From an uncultured delta proteobacterium (GTDB lineage: Bacteria > Myxococcota_A > Polyangia > Fen-1088), in NCBI GenBank assembly GCA_963796685.1, contig CAWCMR010000025.1:1984001-2048000 (forward strand): a DNA stretch of 64,000 bases, read 5' to 3'. Under the pieces are notes generated by a model. The model saw only the letters and a program-made list of their open reading frames with translations, searched no databases and was not told the DNA's origin. Below are positions 21,463-30,812 of this stretch, one piece after another. Position 1 is the stretch's first letter; each line of letters starts with the position of its first letter. Both the position numbers and the translations under genes were made by a program.

Positions 21463-22705
21463 CGTCAATGCGCTTTTTACAGTGGCTCTCGGCATGGTCA
21501 ATCCATGGGAGGTCGTAGAGCTGAACCTTGACGCCGAGAAGAAGCGCCTCGACATCAAAGTCGACTTCAAGCCGGGGAGCACCTTCCCTTGCCCTACGTG
21601 TGGCGATGCTTGCAAGGTACACGATGCCTCGCCGCAGACATGGCGACACCTGAACTTCTTCCAGTACCTCACCTATGTCGAGGCAAGACAACCTCGAACC
21701 AAGTGTGACAAGCACGGCGTCTTGACGGTCGATGTGCCATGGGCTCGTGGCGGGTCGAACTTCACCCTTCTCTTCGAGGCGATGGTGGTGGAACTGGCAC
21801 GCAACGGCCTCACGGTGGCGGCGGTCGGTCGCATCGTCGGCGAGCATGACACGCTCCTGTGGCGCATCCTGGAACACTACGTGGACGAGGCCCGTGAGCG
21901 AGCCGACTACAGCCAGGTCGCCGAGGTTGGCGTCGACGAGACTTCGCGGCAGAAGAACCACGTCTATGTCACGGTCTTTGCCGACATGGTTGCGGCGAAA
22001 GTCTTGTTCGTCACGGAGGGGAAAGATCACGGCACGGTGGCTTGTTTCAAGGACGATCTGCTCGCTCACGGTGGAGACGTGAAGAAGGTGACGGACTTCA
22101 GTCTCGACATGTCGCAGGCATTCATCAAGGGCATCTTGGAGACGTTTCCGGCGGCGCACCTAACCTTCGACAGGTTCCATGTCATCCAACTCATGAACGA
22201 CGCAATCGATGAGGTGCGAAGGCAGGAGCAGAAGTCCTCTCCGGAGTTGAAGGGCACGCGCCACGACTGGCTGAGGAACGAGGCCAACATCAAATCCGAG
22301 AACAGGGAGCACTTCGCGGTCTTGCGCTCCTCCAAATTGGCCACTGCGCGGGCCTACCACATCAAGCTCATGCTACAGGAGTTGTATAGCCTGAGTGCGG
22401 ATGAAGCGGAGGCGTGGTTTCAGCGCTGGTATTTCTGGGCCACCCATAGCCGATTGGAACCCGTCATCAGGGCCGCCAAGACCCTCAAGGCGCACCAGGC
22501 AGGCGTGATGAGATGGTTCATGTCAGGCCTGACGAATGGTCTCTTGGAAGGACTCAACAGCCTCATCCAGGCGGCCAAGGCGCGGGCGCGTGGCTTTCGC
22601 TCCGCGCGCAAAATGAAGACTGTGATTTATCTGCTGCTGTCAAAACTGGACTTCAGACTTCCCTGTGCATTTCCCAATTCAATCCATTCCAAATAGCGAG
22701 GAGCC
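21382..22705 (+). mobile_element. Inner intact ISL3 copy (1324 bp)
   Basis: 23-bp IRs (19/23 match); TSD TGATTTAT at 21374-21381 and 22706-22713. Confidence 0.93.
21434..22696 (+). CDS. ISL3 transposase (intact)
   Basis: CPTC...CDKH, VGVDET, SLDMS, FDRFHV, TNGLLEGLNSLIQAAKARARGFR. Confidence 0.95.
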   Translation: MVQNPSSGLDVNALFTVALGMVNPWEVVELNLDAEKKRLDIKVDFKPGSTFPCPTCGDACKVHDASPQTWRHLNFFQYLTYVEARQPRTKCDKHGVLTVDVPWARGGSNFTLLFEAMVVELARNGLTVAAVGRIVGEHDTLLWRILEHYVDEARERADYSQVAEVGVDETSRQKNHVYVTVFADMVAAKVLFVTEGKDHGTVACFKDDLLAHGGDVKKVTDFSLDMSQAFIKGILETFPAAHLTFDRFHVIQLMNDAIDEVRRQEQKSSPELKGTRHDWLRNEANIKSENREHFAVLRSSKLATARAYHIKLMLQELYSLSADEAEAWFQRWYFWATHSRLEPVIRAAKTLKAHQAGVMRWFMSGLTNGLLEGLNSLIQAAKARARGFRSARKMKTVIYLLLSKLDFRLPCAFPNSIHSK

Positions 22706-23065
22706 TGATTTATCTGCTGCTGTCAAAACTGGACTTCAGACTTCCCTGTGCATTTCCCAATTCAATCCATTCCAAATAGCGAGGAGCCATAAAGATAACG
22801 GAAGCCAACACTGGTGCGACGACTACCAATCATGTGTTGGGTCTGGCAAGCAGCTTGATGATCAGCACCGTCCGTGCCTAGGCTGCCCCAATGCCCCGGC
22901 TGACAAGCCTTGCTCGTGTATCATGGGGTACTGCCAGTGGGACTCAGCAAAATTGGCCAACGCCGGTTTCGGAGGTGCGGGTGGAGCAAGTGGCGCGGGG
23001 GGGTCTAGCGGTGAGGGTGGCTCCACAGATGAGGGTGGCTCCACAGGTGAGGGAGGAAGTGCACC

Positions 23066-26000
23066 ATGAAAGGGTATACCGTGATGTTGAGGCGATCCGG
23101 CTCAGCCTTTGCGGTGCACGGCCTCCCGGCCTATCGTGCGCTCTTGGCCGCAACGATTCTGGCTGCAGCCGTCGGCTGCAGCTCGAAGGATGACGCCACT
23201 GGGAATGACCGCACAGGCTCAGCCGTGGTTGCGGCGAGGTCGAAAGCAATCATTACCGTGACCTCCACGCAAACCGCGACCGGAACCGTGACATCAACAG
23301 CCTACGGGACCAATTCCTGGACATCACTCGGGACGGTGACGACCACGGCCCTCGGAACGGTGACCTCGACGGCACTGGGGACCGTGACGACTACGGCGCT
23401 CGGGAGCCAGACCTGGACTTCGTACGGGACCGTTACATCTACCGCGCTCGGAACCCAGACTTGGACGTCGTACGGGACGGTGACATCGACGGCACTTGGG
23501 ACGGTGACATCAACGGCACTTGGGACGGTGACATCAACGGCGCTTGGGACGGTGACTACGACAGCATTGGGGACGGTGACGTCGACAGGGTTGGGAACGG
23601 GAACTGTGACGGCGACCGTAACAAACACTGCGACGATGATATCGACAAGTACGCAATACGTCACGGTGACCGGCACCGTTTCTGGGACGTGGACTGTGAC
23701 GGCGTGGTCCACTGGTTCTTGGACGGGCCCCGCCACCAAGACCCAGACGACGACGAACGTTTCCCCCAATCAGAAGCCTGTTACATCTAGCATCACTGGG
23801 ACCAAGACAGCCACCGATACCTCTGGCTACAATAGCGGAGTAACGAAGACCGTCACGGGCACGGTCACACAATTTGCCACCTGGGCGGGGACAACGACTG
23901 TCACGATGAGCGACACCGCGACCGGGACAAACCACTACAGTGGTTCTGGCACGCGAACGGTCAGCGGGACCGCGTCCAATACCGGAACGGCTACAGGCAC
24001 TTGGACCTACAGACTTACAAGTACGGCAACTCAGACGGCCCACAACACGGTGACGAACTACAATACACTGACGAACTACAATACCGTGACGGTCTATAAC
24101 ACGGTAACGAGCTACAACACGGTGACGGTATCGAATACGCTAACGAACCACAATACCGTGACGGTATCAAATACGCTGACAAACCACAATACCGTGACGA
24201 TTTCCAATACGGTGACAAACTACAACACCGTGACGAATTCGAATACGGTGACAAACTACAACACCGTGACGAATTCGAATACCGGGATCGTCACCACGAC
24301 GGGTACGGGCACGGCGACGGCAACTTCAACCAACACAGTTACGATCATCGTTCCGTTCCCAGTTGGGCTTGGGGTTGACACCAGGGCTGTCGGTGCTAAC
24401 GGGTCGCTTCAGGTGGGGGATCGTTCCAAGTCTCAGATGGGCGACGGCACGCCTGGCCCAATGTCCAACGCAGGGAGCGGTGTGGCAGATATCGGGGTGG
24501 ACTGCCAAATTGGAAGCCTGACCAGCCTAGGTTCGGTCTCGCTGCGGGAACGGGCACATATTCTTGGAAATCTGACGACATCGGGCACGGTGAATCCGCA
24601 AAACGATACCGTGGTTACCGGAACGACAACCCAGAATGCAGTGTTGACGCCGCTCTCGATCATGGCCTGGAGCACAGTGGTTCCGGCGACGAACATGGGC
24701 AACGTCCTACTCTATCCCGGTAGCAATGCCACGGTGAATCCTGGCGCGTACACAGATCTTACCGTCTACACCGGGTCAAACATGACCCTGACTTCTGGCA
24801 CGTACTACGCAACATCGTTCGATATCGAGCCGCAGGCGACGCTGACCCTTAATATGACCTCGGGCCCGATCGTGGTGTACGCGACCGGGGCAATCGTATA
24901 CAGGGGGACCATGGTGAACCAGGGGGGGACTGACGGAGCCTTCATGCTGGTCGAGTTGGGCGACACCGATATGGCCGTCGAGAACACATTCATCGGCACC
25001 ATCGTGGTGCCCAACGCGACGTTGACGTTGGGGGCAACCGTTCCCCTCACACTGCAGGGCCAGTTCTATGGGCAGAATATCGTCGTTCGCCCGGATACGA
25101 CCCTGGCGGCGAAATCGTTCCCGTGGACTGCGCTTAACCCGCCGTCCGGGGGTGAGTGCTGGTCCGCTGACGACACGGACAACGACGGGGTGTGGGATTG
25201 CCATGACAAGTGCCCGTACGATAAGAATAAGACAGAGCCTGGCGTCTGCGGTTGTAACATTCCTGATGTCAATAGCGACAGCGATGTAGCTCCCGACTGC
25301 ATCGATCAATGCCCCACTGATCCTAACAAGACCACGCCGGGACAGTGTGGGTGCCTGGACAAAGGATTTACAGCTGCGGGAACGCCATGCACCGACCGAC
25401 CCTGCCCACAACTTGGGCCACAGGAAGACACGGTGTGCAATGGCATGGGGGCCTGTGGAGATGTGAGCTCGTGCATACCAAATGAGGGGGACTGCAAGCT
25501 CTTAACCCTGGGCCAGATGGCCTATTATTTCTGCGACGCCACCTCGATGCCAGGCGAGCCACCACCTGCGGGGACTCCTCAGGCGAACGCAGAAAACGCC
25601 TGCCGGCAGAAAGGCATGGCGTTGATAAGTGTTGAAGACGCCACGAAGAACGAGAACATCCGGCGGATGCTTTCGGCGCCTATCTGGCTTGGGGCGAATT
25701 CCCTCTCAACCGCGGGTGTGTGGAGATGGGCGACGGCGGCCACAGACGACGGCAGCCAGTTCTGGAGTGGCGGTGCGAACGGGTCTAGGGTTGGAAACAT
25801 GTATGTGAACTGGGCAGCCAATGCCCCAGCGGATGGACAGTGTGCAGCGATGAACCCGGCAGATGGAAAGTGGTTTGCTGCAGACTGCGGATCGAACCTG
25901 GGCTATGTCTGCGAGTATTGGATGCCGTGGGCGAGCGTGCCCCCTCTTGGTGGTCCCCCAGTCCCGCTAGCTCCGCCGCCGATGGATAAGTGTACCCCCG

Positions 26001-28747
26001 AGAGCGCATCGATAGCCCAGCTGCCGCAGCCCGTCGGGAATCCTCCATCGGATGCCGCAATTCTTGCTGCTCAAGACGAGCTGCTGTGGCAGATAGGGCA
26101 CCCCGATGCAGGACAAGGCGCAGCGAGGAATCCTCCTGGGCCAGGCTCAACCTGTCCTCAGCCTGACCCATCGACCCTCGCGCTAGGACCAGTAGGACCA
26201 AGCGGACTGGCCGGGGTAGGCTGTCAGATTACAAACCAGAAGCTAGTTGACGGAGGGGCAGCTGGGGAGTGTACCAGCGATGAGCAGTGTCAGAGGAATT
26301 TTGGCGCCTCATATGTCTGTCGCGAGATCATGGATGATCCGCAGTGTCCAAAGACCTACGACCCGAACACCGACGCTTCACCGTGTAAGGAACGCGCCTG
26401 GTGCGTTGTTCTTGACTGTTCAGGACTGACGCTTCCAGGTGATAATAATCCATGCGACGAGATCCAAATCTGCAATCCGGGCAGCGAGTATGACGCCGGC
26501 GTGGATCCTGACACGAGATGGGATCCCCCGACTTTCGATCCTGGTCCGCTATTCCCGGGTGGCACGGTTCCCGACGCGAGCCCATCATCGGCCTTTAACA
26601 AAGATGATCCGAACCCGGGCGAAGCCGATGCAGGTGTGAACCACCCGTGGTGCAAGTTCACCACGCAGAACCCAGCGATGCCTGCGGCGGATCAACCAGG
26701 CAACAACAGCCCTAGTGCGAAGACTGATCAGAGCAAAGCAATCAGCCTTAGCTTCGACCCCAAGCTCACCTTCAATATCAACATAAGCCCAATTGCGATG
26801 GGCGAGACTAACCTTTCGATCAGGGCAGGGGCGAGTATGGGCGCGACGGTAAAGATCAATTCGTTCCTGGGAATGCCCTCGATGGAGAAGACCATACTCT
26901 ACGCTGGCGCAAGTCTTGCCCTGGAACGGTGCACTTTCCGAACAGACGATACACGACTTGAGCTCTTCGGCATCAATGTCCCGATCGACGACTATGTTCC
27001 TATCCTCAACACATCGATTAACCCGGAGGATCCGAGCACCGGTGACCCGAACCATTCAAACCAGGCGTTGTACAATGTCAGCAAGGCTTGCACGGATGCG
27101 CTGAATACGTACCAGGTCTGGTCCGGTCGCGTGAAGAAGTCTTTCCGCGATGCCCAACAGCTTCTCAAACAGTATCACGCCTTGGCCGGTATGCTGAACA
27201 AGGACAGCCTGTGTGCTGCAATCGAGTCGGTTGGCCCCGAGGTTCATGACTTTCCCGGTGGCGCAAAGTGCTACGAGAATGAATCGGTCGAGGACCTCAT
27301 CAATCGGTTCGTCTACTATTATCAAGCTCCGGGTATCGGACAGGTCACCAAGATGAAGGCCATGGCAGGCGGGCTGAAAGGTGCAAGCGCCGCGCTAATC
27401 CAGGGGATTATCGGAGCGTTGGCGGCGAAATGGAAGGAGGGGGGGCCGGGTGACTCAATGATTGAAATCAATTTCCTGAAGATCGACCATCCATATGCCC
27501 AGACCATCGCAAACGTGCCGTTCGCTATCGGTCCAATACCATGTGTGCTGCAGGTCGACATTGCGGCCAACTATGGCATCGTCGGCAATTTCGGGCTCGA
27601 CCTCAATTTTCCGACGGATATCCTTTTCGGCGACCCACCAGTATATGGACAACAAATAGCGCATGCTCGGGCGCAGGTTGTACCTTATGCGTCGGCGAAG
27701 TTGTCGGCATTTGTCGGAGCTGGATTTGACTACGGACCGTTCTCTGCAACATTAGGTATCGAAGGCTCGGTCAGTCTTGCGAAGATCCGCCTACCGATGT
27801 ACGGGGGAGCGGGCCTTGACGTGGATGTGCTGCAAGATTACCGCCCAATTCCTACTGACGTCGGGCCCCCCGTCTCCATAGCAACAAATGCTTTCAGTTT
27901 CGGGATTCCGAAAAACTTTACCTTCCACGCCACATACGACTATGGGATCAGGGTTGACGTGGACGACATTCTAGCTGGGGCCATCAATGCCCGGCTTCGC
28001 ATCAAGTTCGGCTGGTTTTTCAGCAGGACCTGGCGCAAGCAGATCGCGAAGTTCAATGGCATGAGTTTCCACAAAGACATTCTCGAGGGTCAAGGTACGA
28101 TTGCGAACGTTAACGTCAATTTGAGCCGCAACACACCTCCGCTGCCACCAACGGGGGCTTCTGCCCAGCTGCTTGGGGCTCCCGATGGTACGAAGGTGGA
28201 CGATGCAACGGCTACCACCGCGGTAGGTAACGCCACGATGGGGATTTCGGAGAGCGAAGTGCCATTGACTGTTCTTGCCTATCTGCCCGGCCCGGGCGAC
28301 CCGAACTACCACTATACTCCGGGGACTCTACCCGACGGTGGGGTCGGCGTTGATGGCGGACCGACCGGGCCAGGCCAAGTGACCTTCGAGAAGCTGGCAG
28401 GGTTGTTCTACGATAATCAGTGCTGCGCAAAGCTGGGAGATGCCTGCGAGGTAGACTATACCCCGTACCCGCCTTGCTGCCCAGGCACAGATTGCACTCC
28501 GGATACGAATGCTCCGTCGGTCAAGCACTGTACACAAGGGTGTCGAGCTCAAGGGGTGGAGTGCACAGGCGGTGGCCAGTGCTGCCCAGTCAATGACAGT
28601 GTGATTTGCAACAGTTCTGGTCTCTGCGGGACCTGTTCCAAAGGGCCCCCCGAGGACAGCCTAGGATGCACGACCGATGCGGACTGCTGCTACAACTATG
28701 CCTGCTATCATGGCGACCACTGTGTTTACCAAGGCGTCATCTACTGA
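23066..28747 (+). CDS. Giant 1893-aa multidomain lipoprotein: Thr repeats, beta-helix, TSP3-like repeats, C-type lectin-like domain, beta-sheet domain, Cys-rich tail
   Basis: Lipobox AAVGC; GTVTSTAL and NTVTNY repeats; DTDNDGVWDCHDKCP; IWLGANS..WRW..WAANAP..C..W...C...LGYVCE. Confidence 0.85.
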   Translation: MKGYTVMLRRSGSAFAVHGLPAYRALLAATILAAAVGCSSKDDATGNDRTGSAVVAARSKAIITVTSTQTATGTVTSTAYGTNSWTSLGTVTTTALGTVTSTALGTVTTTALGSQTWTSYGTVTSTALGTQTWTSYGTVTSTALGTVTSTALGTVTSTALGTVTTTALGTVTSTGLGTGTVTATVTNTATMISTSTQYVTVTGTVSGTWTVTAWSTGSWTGPATKTQTTTNVSPNQKPVTSSITGTKTATDTSGYNSGVTKTVTGTVTQFATWAGTTTVTMSDTATGTNHYSGSGTRTVSGTASNTGTATGTWTYRLTSTATQTAHNTVTNYNTLTNYNTVTVYNTVTSYNTVTVSNTLTNHNTVTVSNTLTNHNTVTISNTVTNYNTVTNSNTVTNYNTVTNSNTGIVTTTGTGTATATSTNTVTIIVPFPVGLGVDTRAVGANGSLQVGDRSKSQMGDGTPGPMSNAGSGVADIGVDCQIGSLTSLGSVSLRERAHILGNLTTSGTVNPQNDTVVTGTTTQNAVLTPLSIMAWSTVVPATNMGNVLLYPGSNATVNPGAYTDLTVYTGSNMTLTSGTYYATSFDIEPQATLTLNMTSGPIVVYATGAIVYRGTMVNQGGTDGAFMLVELGDTDMAVENTFIGTIVVPNATLTLGATVPLTLQGQFYGQNIVVRPDTTLAAKSFPWTALNPPSGGECWSADDTDNDGVWDCHDKCPYDKNKTEPGVCGCNIPDVNSDSDVAPDCIDQCPTDPNKTTPGQCGCLDKGFTAAGTPCTDRPCPQLGPQEDTVCNGMGACGDVSSCIPNEGDCKLLTLGQMAYYFCDATSMPGEPPPAGTPQANAENACRQKGMALISVEDATKNENIRRMLSAPIWLGANSLSTAGVWRWATAATDDGSQFWSGGANGSRVGNMYVNWAANAPADGQCAAMNPADGKWFAADCGSNLGYVCEYWMPWASVPPLGGPPVPLAPPPMDKCTPESASIAQLPQPVGNPPSDAAILAAQDELLWQIGHPDAGQGAARNPPGPGSTCPQPDPSTLALGPVGPSGLAGVGCQITNQKLVDGGAAGECTSDEQCQRNFGASYVCREIMDDPQCPKTYDPNTDASPCKERAWCVVLDCSGLTLPGDNNPCDEIQICNPGSEYDAGVDPDTRWDPPTFDPGPLFPGGTVPDASPSSAFNKDDPNPGEADAGVNHPWCKFTTQNPAMPAADQPGNNSPSAKTDQSKAISLSFDPKLTFNINISPIAMGETNLSIRAGASMGATVKINSFLGMPSMEKTILYAGASLALERCTFRTDDTRLELFGINVPIDDYVPILNTSINPEDPSTGDPNHSNQALYNVSKACTDALNTYQVWSGRVKKSFRDAQQLLKQYHALAGMLNKDSLCAAIESVGPEVHDFPGGAKCYENESVEDLINRFVYYYQAPGIGQVTKMKAMAGGLKGASAALIQGIIGALAAKWKEGGPGDSMIEINFLKIDHPYAQTIANVPFAIGPIPCVLQVDIAANYGIVGNFGLDLNFPTDILFGDPPVYGQQIAHARAQVVPYASAKLSAFVGAGFDYGPFSATLGIEGSVSLAKIRLPMYGGAGLDVDVLQDYRPIPTDVGPPVSIATNAFSFGIPKNFTFHATYDYGIRVDVDDILAGAINARLRIKFGWFFSRTWRKQIAKFNGMSFHKDILEGQGTIANVNVNLSRNTPPLPPTGASAQLLGAPDGTKVDDATATTAVGNATMGISESEVPLTVLAYLPGPGDPNYHYTPGTLPDGGVGVDGGPTGPGQVTFEKLAGLFYDNQCCAKLGDACEVDYTPYPPCCPGTDCTPDTNAPSVKHCTQGCRAQGVECTGGGQCCPVNDSVICNSSGLCGTCSKGPPEDSLGCTTDADCCYNYACYHGDHCVYQGVIY
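23282..23593 (+). repeat. 13 x 24-bp coding repeat (GTVTSTAL-type octapeptide)
   Basis: Counted from the translation; synonymous codons differ between units. Confidence 0.9.
24044..24277 (+). repeat. 13 x 18-bp coding repeat (NTVTNY-type hexapeptide)
   Basis: Counted from the translation. Confidence 0.9.
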
Positions 28748-28866
28748 GGACTCAAGTTTACTCGGTCGATGCGAAGTGCCGCGCGGCTTTCGGCTTTGCT
28801 TGTTATCACAGCGCTATACGCATCCGCCCCGAAGCTATCCCATCGATTTCAGGAGAGACACGAGAG

Positions 28867-30780
28867 GTGCAGTTGCGAACGATTCATGCAGTAGCGATTG
28901 GCTGTCTGGCCTCTTGCCAGCCGGCCGGACGGACTAGCGTTAAAGCAGCGCGGGAATCGAGCGCTGTTGGTGCGGCGCACTCGACGCAGACGAGGGCACT
29001 TGCGCCGGCCCCGTCTCCACCGGGGGCGATTTGGGCCGCGGGAAAGGTATACGATTTCCGCGTACATTCGACGGCGATGGTTGACTTTGGCAGCGCGGCA
29101 AGCGGGATCAGCTACGAGCTTGAAGCAAGTCCCAGGATCATGGTGGTCGACCATCGCGGGGATCGTACGACCCTCTATCTACGGCTATTGGGAGTTACGG
29201 TCAGGAATCCCCAGGCCAACGGCGGAGCGAACTTCGACCAGTTGGCGCAGGAGCTTCGTGAAGGCGCATGTCTGGCTGTGTTGTCCAGTGGACGCTTGGT
29301 AGAGCTCGGCTTTCGAAAAGGCGTCTCCAACGCGGCATTGGCCACCTTCAGGCAGCTAGCTTCAAGTCTCCAACTGGCGAAGCCGGGGACTGGTAGCTCC
29401 TGGCAGGCGGAGGAGTACGACACGAGTGGGCAGTATGTGGCGCAATATACTTTTGACGATGGGTCAAAGGTCTATCGCAAGGAGAAACTGCACTACCTGG
29501 CTCTGCTAGGGAGGCCTGTTGTGCCTGGTGTGGGGCCGCTCCAACTGGTTCCAGAGGTCAGAAAGTCAACAGGCGAAATCCGCCTGACCCACGATGGTGC
29601 CCTTGAGCTGGTGGACCTTGAAGACGCAGTGGTCCTGCAGGGCGCGCAGGTGCCCATGCTTTCTGAGACGCATCTCGTGCTCAATCTGACGGCGGTTGGG
29701 ACATCGGGAGTGGCAACCGATCCGACTCGGCTGAGATCAGAGTTCACGATTATGCCGGCCTCGGAGCAAGGCGCCAACATGCCAAGCCTGGAATCTTTGG
29801 ACCGGGCGCGGACGCAAGGGGCTACCTTTCGCGCAATTCTATCCCGCATTGAAGCGGAGCGTGAGACTCGCCAGCGCGAGACATCCAAGAATGTTCCAAA
29901 GCGCAAGAGCCAATCCGCGCACGGACAGCAGCAGATAAGCGTTAGAGCCATTGGTGATGTCGGGCTATTCAATGCCTTGGTTGCGTCGCTTCGCGAGAGC
30001 CAAGAGGCAGTGGATACAGCGGTGCGAATGATCAAGGAGGAGTCTCCCCTTCTCGACGTGCTGATCGACGCTTTGGGCTCGGCCTCCAACCCGGGATGCG
30101 AGGCTGCCTTGACGGGATTGCTGTCGTCCGCAGATTCGGAAACCAAGCCTCGCATTCTGTATGCGCTGTCACAGGCGCCCAGACCTGGCGACAAGGGTGT
30201 GGCGGCGATGAAAGCGTTGCTGGCAGAAGATCCCTTCAGCCAGACCGGCCTTTACGGGCTTGGGAGCTATGCCCGGCGATTCGCTGAGCAGGGGAACAAA
30301 GAAATGGCGGCTGAATTGGGCGAGTTTTTGATTCAGAAGCTGGAGAAAGCGCACGGGGCGACGAACAAGATTACGGCGCTGCGAGCCATTGAGAACTCAG
30401 GATACGCGCCGGCGATTAGCAGCTTGCAGCGATATTTCGACGATCCGGATCCGTTCGTTCGCACCGCCGCTATTCGAGCTCTTCGGCCGATGAAAGATCC
30501 CTTGGTGGCTGATGTCCTTGCTTCTCGAATCAGGTCAGATCATTCTTCCGAGGAGAGGCTGCTTCTCTTGGAGATTGTTGAGAGCAGGGAGCCGTCCAAC
30601 ACGCTGATTGGAGCGGTTGTGGATGCGTCGAGCACTCTCGACGTGAAGGTGCGTCGGCAAGCTGTCGGGCTATTGGCCAAATGGGTTGCCGGGCAACCAC
30701 AGTTGCGACAAGTGCTCAGGAAGATAGGCGAATCCGATTCCGATCCGCAGGTCCGCGCCGCGGCGCGCGTGGATCTCTAG
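28867..30780 (+). CDS. Lipoprotein with beta-rich N-domain and HEAT/superhelical C-domain; resembles the vitellogenin/MTP N-terminal lipid-transport module
   Basis: GTG start with upstream AGGAG, lipobox LASC; EEYDTSGQYVAQY..YRKEK; LIDALGSA, ALRAIENSG, VRTAAIRALR helices. Confidence 0.65.
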   Translation: MQLRTIHAVAIGCLASCQPAGRTSVKAARESSAVGAAHSTQTRALAPAPSPPGAIWAAGKVYDFRVHSTAMVDFGSAASGISYELEASPRIMVVDHRGDRTTLYLRLLGVTVRNPQANGGANFDQLAQELREGACLAVLSSGRLVELGFRKGVSNAALATFRQLASSLQLAKPGTGSSWQAEEYDTSGQYVAQYTFDDGSKVYRKEKLHYLALLGRPVVPGVGPLQLVPEVRKSTGEIRLTHDGALELVDLEDAVVLQGAQVPMLSETHLVLNLTAVGTSGVATDPTRLRSEFTIMPASEQGANMPSLESLDRARTQGATFRAILSRIEAERETRQRETSKNVPKRKSQSAHGQQQISVRAIGDVGLFNALVASLRESQEAVDTAVRMIKEESPLLDVLIDALGSASNPGCEAALTGLLSSADSETKPRILYALSQAPRPGDKGVAAMKALLAEDPFSQTGLYGLGSYARRFAEQGNKEMAAELGEFLIQKLEKAHGATNKITALRAIENSGYAPAISSLQRYFDDPDPFVRTAAIRALRPMKDPLVADVLASRIRSDHSSEERLLLLEIVESREPSNTLIGAVVDASSTLDVKVRRQAVGLLAKWVAGQPQLRQVLRKIGESDSDPQVRAAARVDL

Positions 30781-30812
30781 AGGATGTTTTCTTCTGCATG
30801 TGGAGAAATGGC

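Larger units (their letters stand above)
20133..22788 (+). mobile_element. Outer ISL3 copy containing a nested identical copy
   Basis: IRL GGCTCCTCGCTGTCTAAAATGGA at 20133, IRR ending 22788; TSD ATAAAGAT at 20125-20132 and 22789-22796; length 2656 = 2x1324 + 8. Confidence 0.93.
18432..23069 (+). pseudogene. S1 (chymotrypsin-fold) serine protease lipoprotein interrupted by ISL3 (657 aa when rejoined)
   Basis: Lipobox YFGC; WLLTAAHC, PDVALL, CSGDSGSP; rejoins as CDGLDKD-NGSQHWC across the TSD; TGA overlaps the next ATG. Confidence 0.88.

Noticed and set aside
22706-22788. Duplicated IS right end as an assembly stutter
   Set aside because: Fully explained as the outer IS remainder, with an 8-bp TSD and exact length arithmetic
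23282-24277. Thr repeats as a CRISPR array or an InaZ-type ice nucleation protein
   Set aside because: In-frame coding repeats with synonymous variation and no spacers or cas genes; they lack the AGYGST consensus of InaZ
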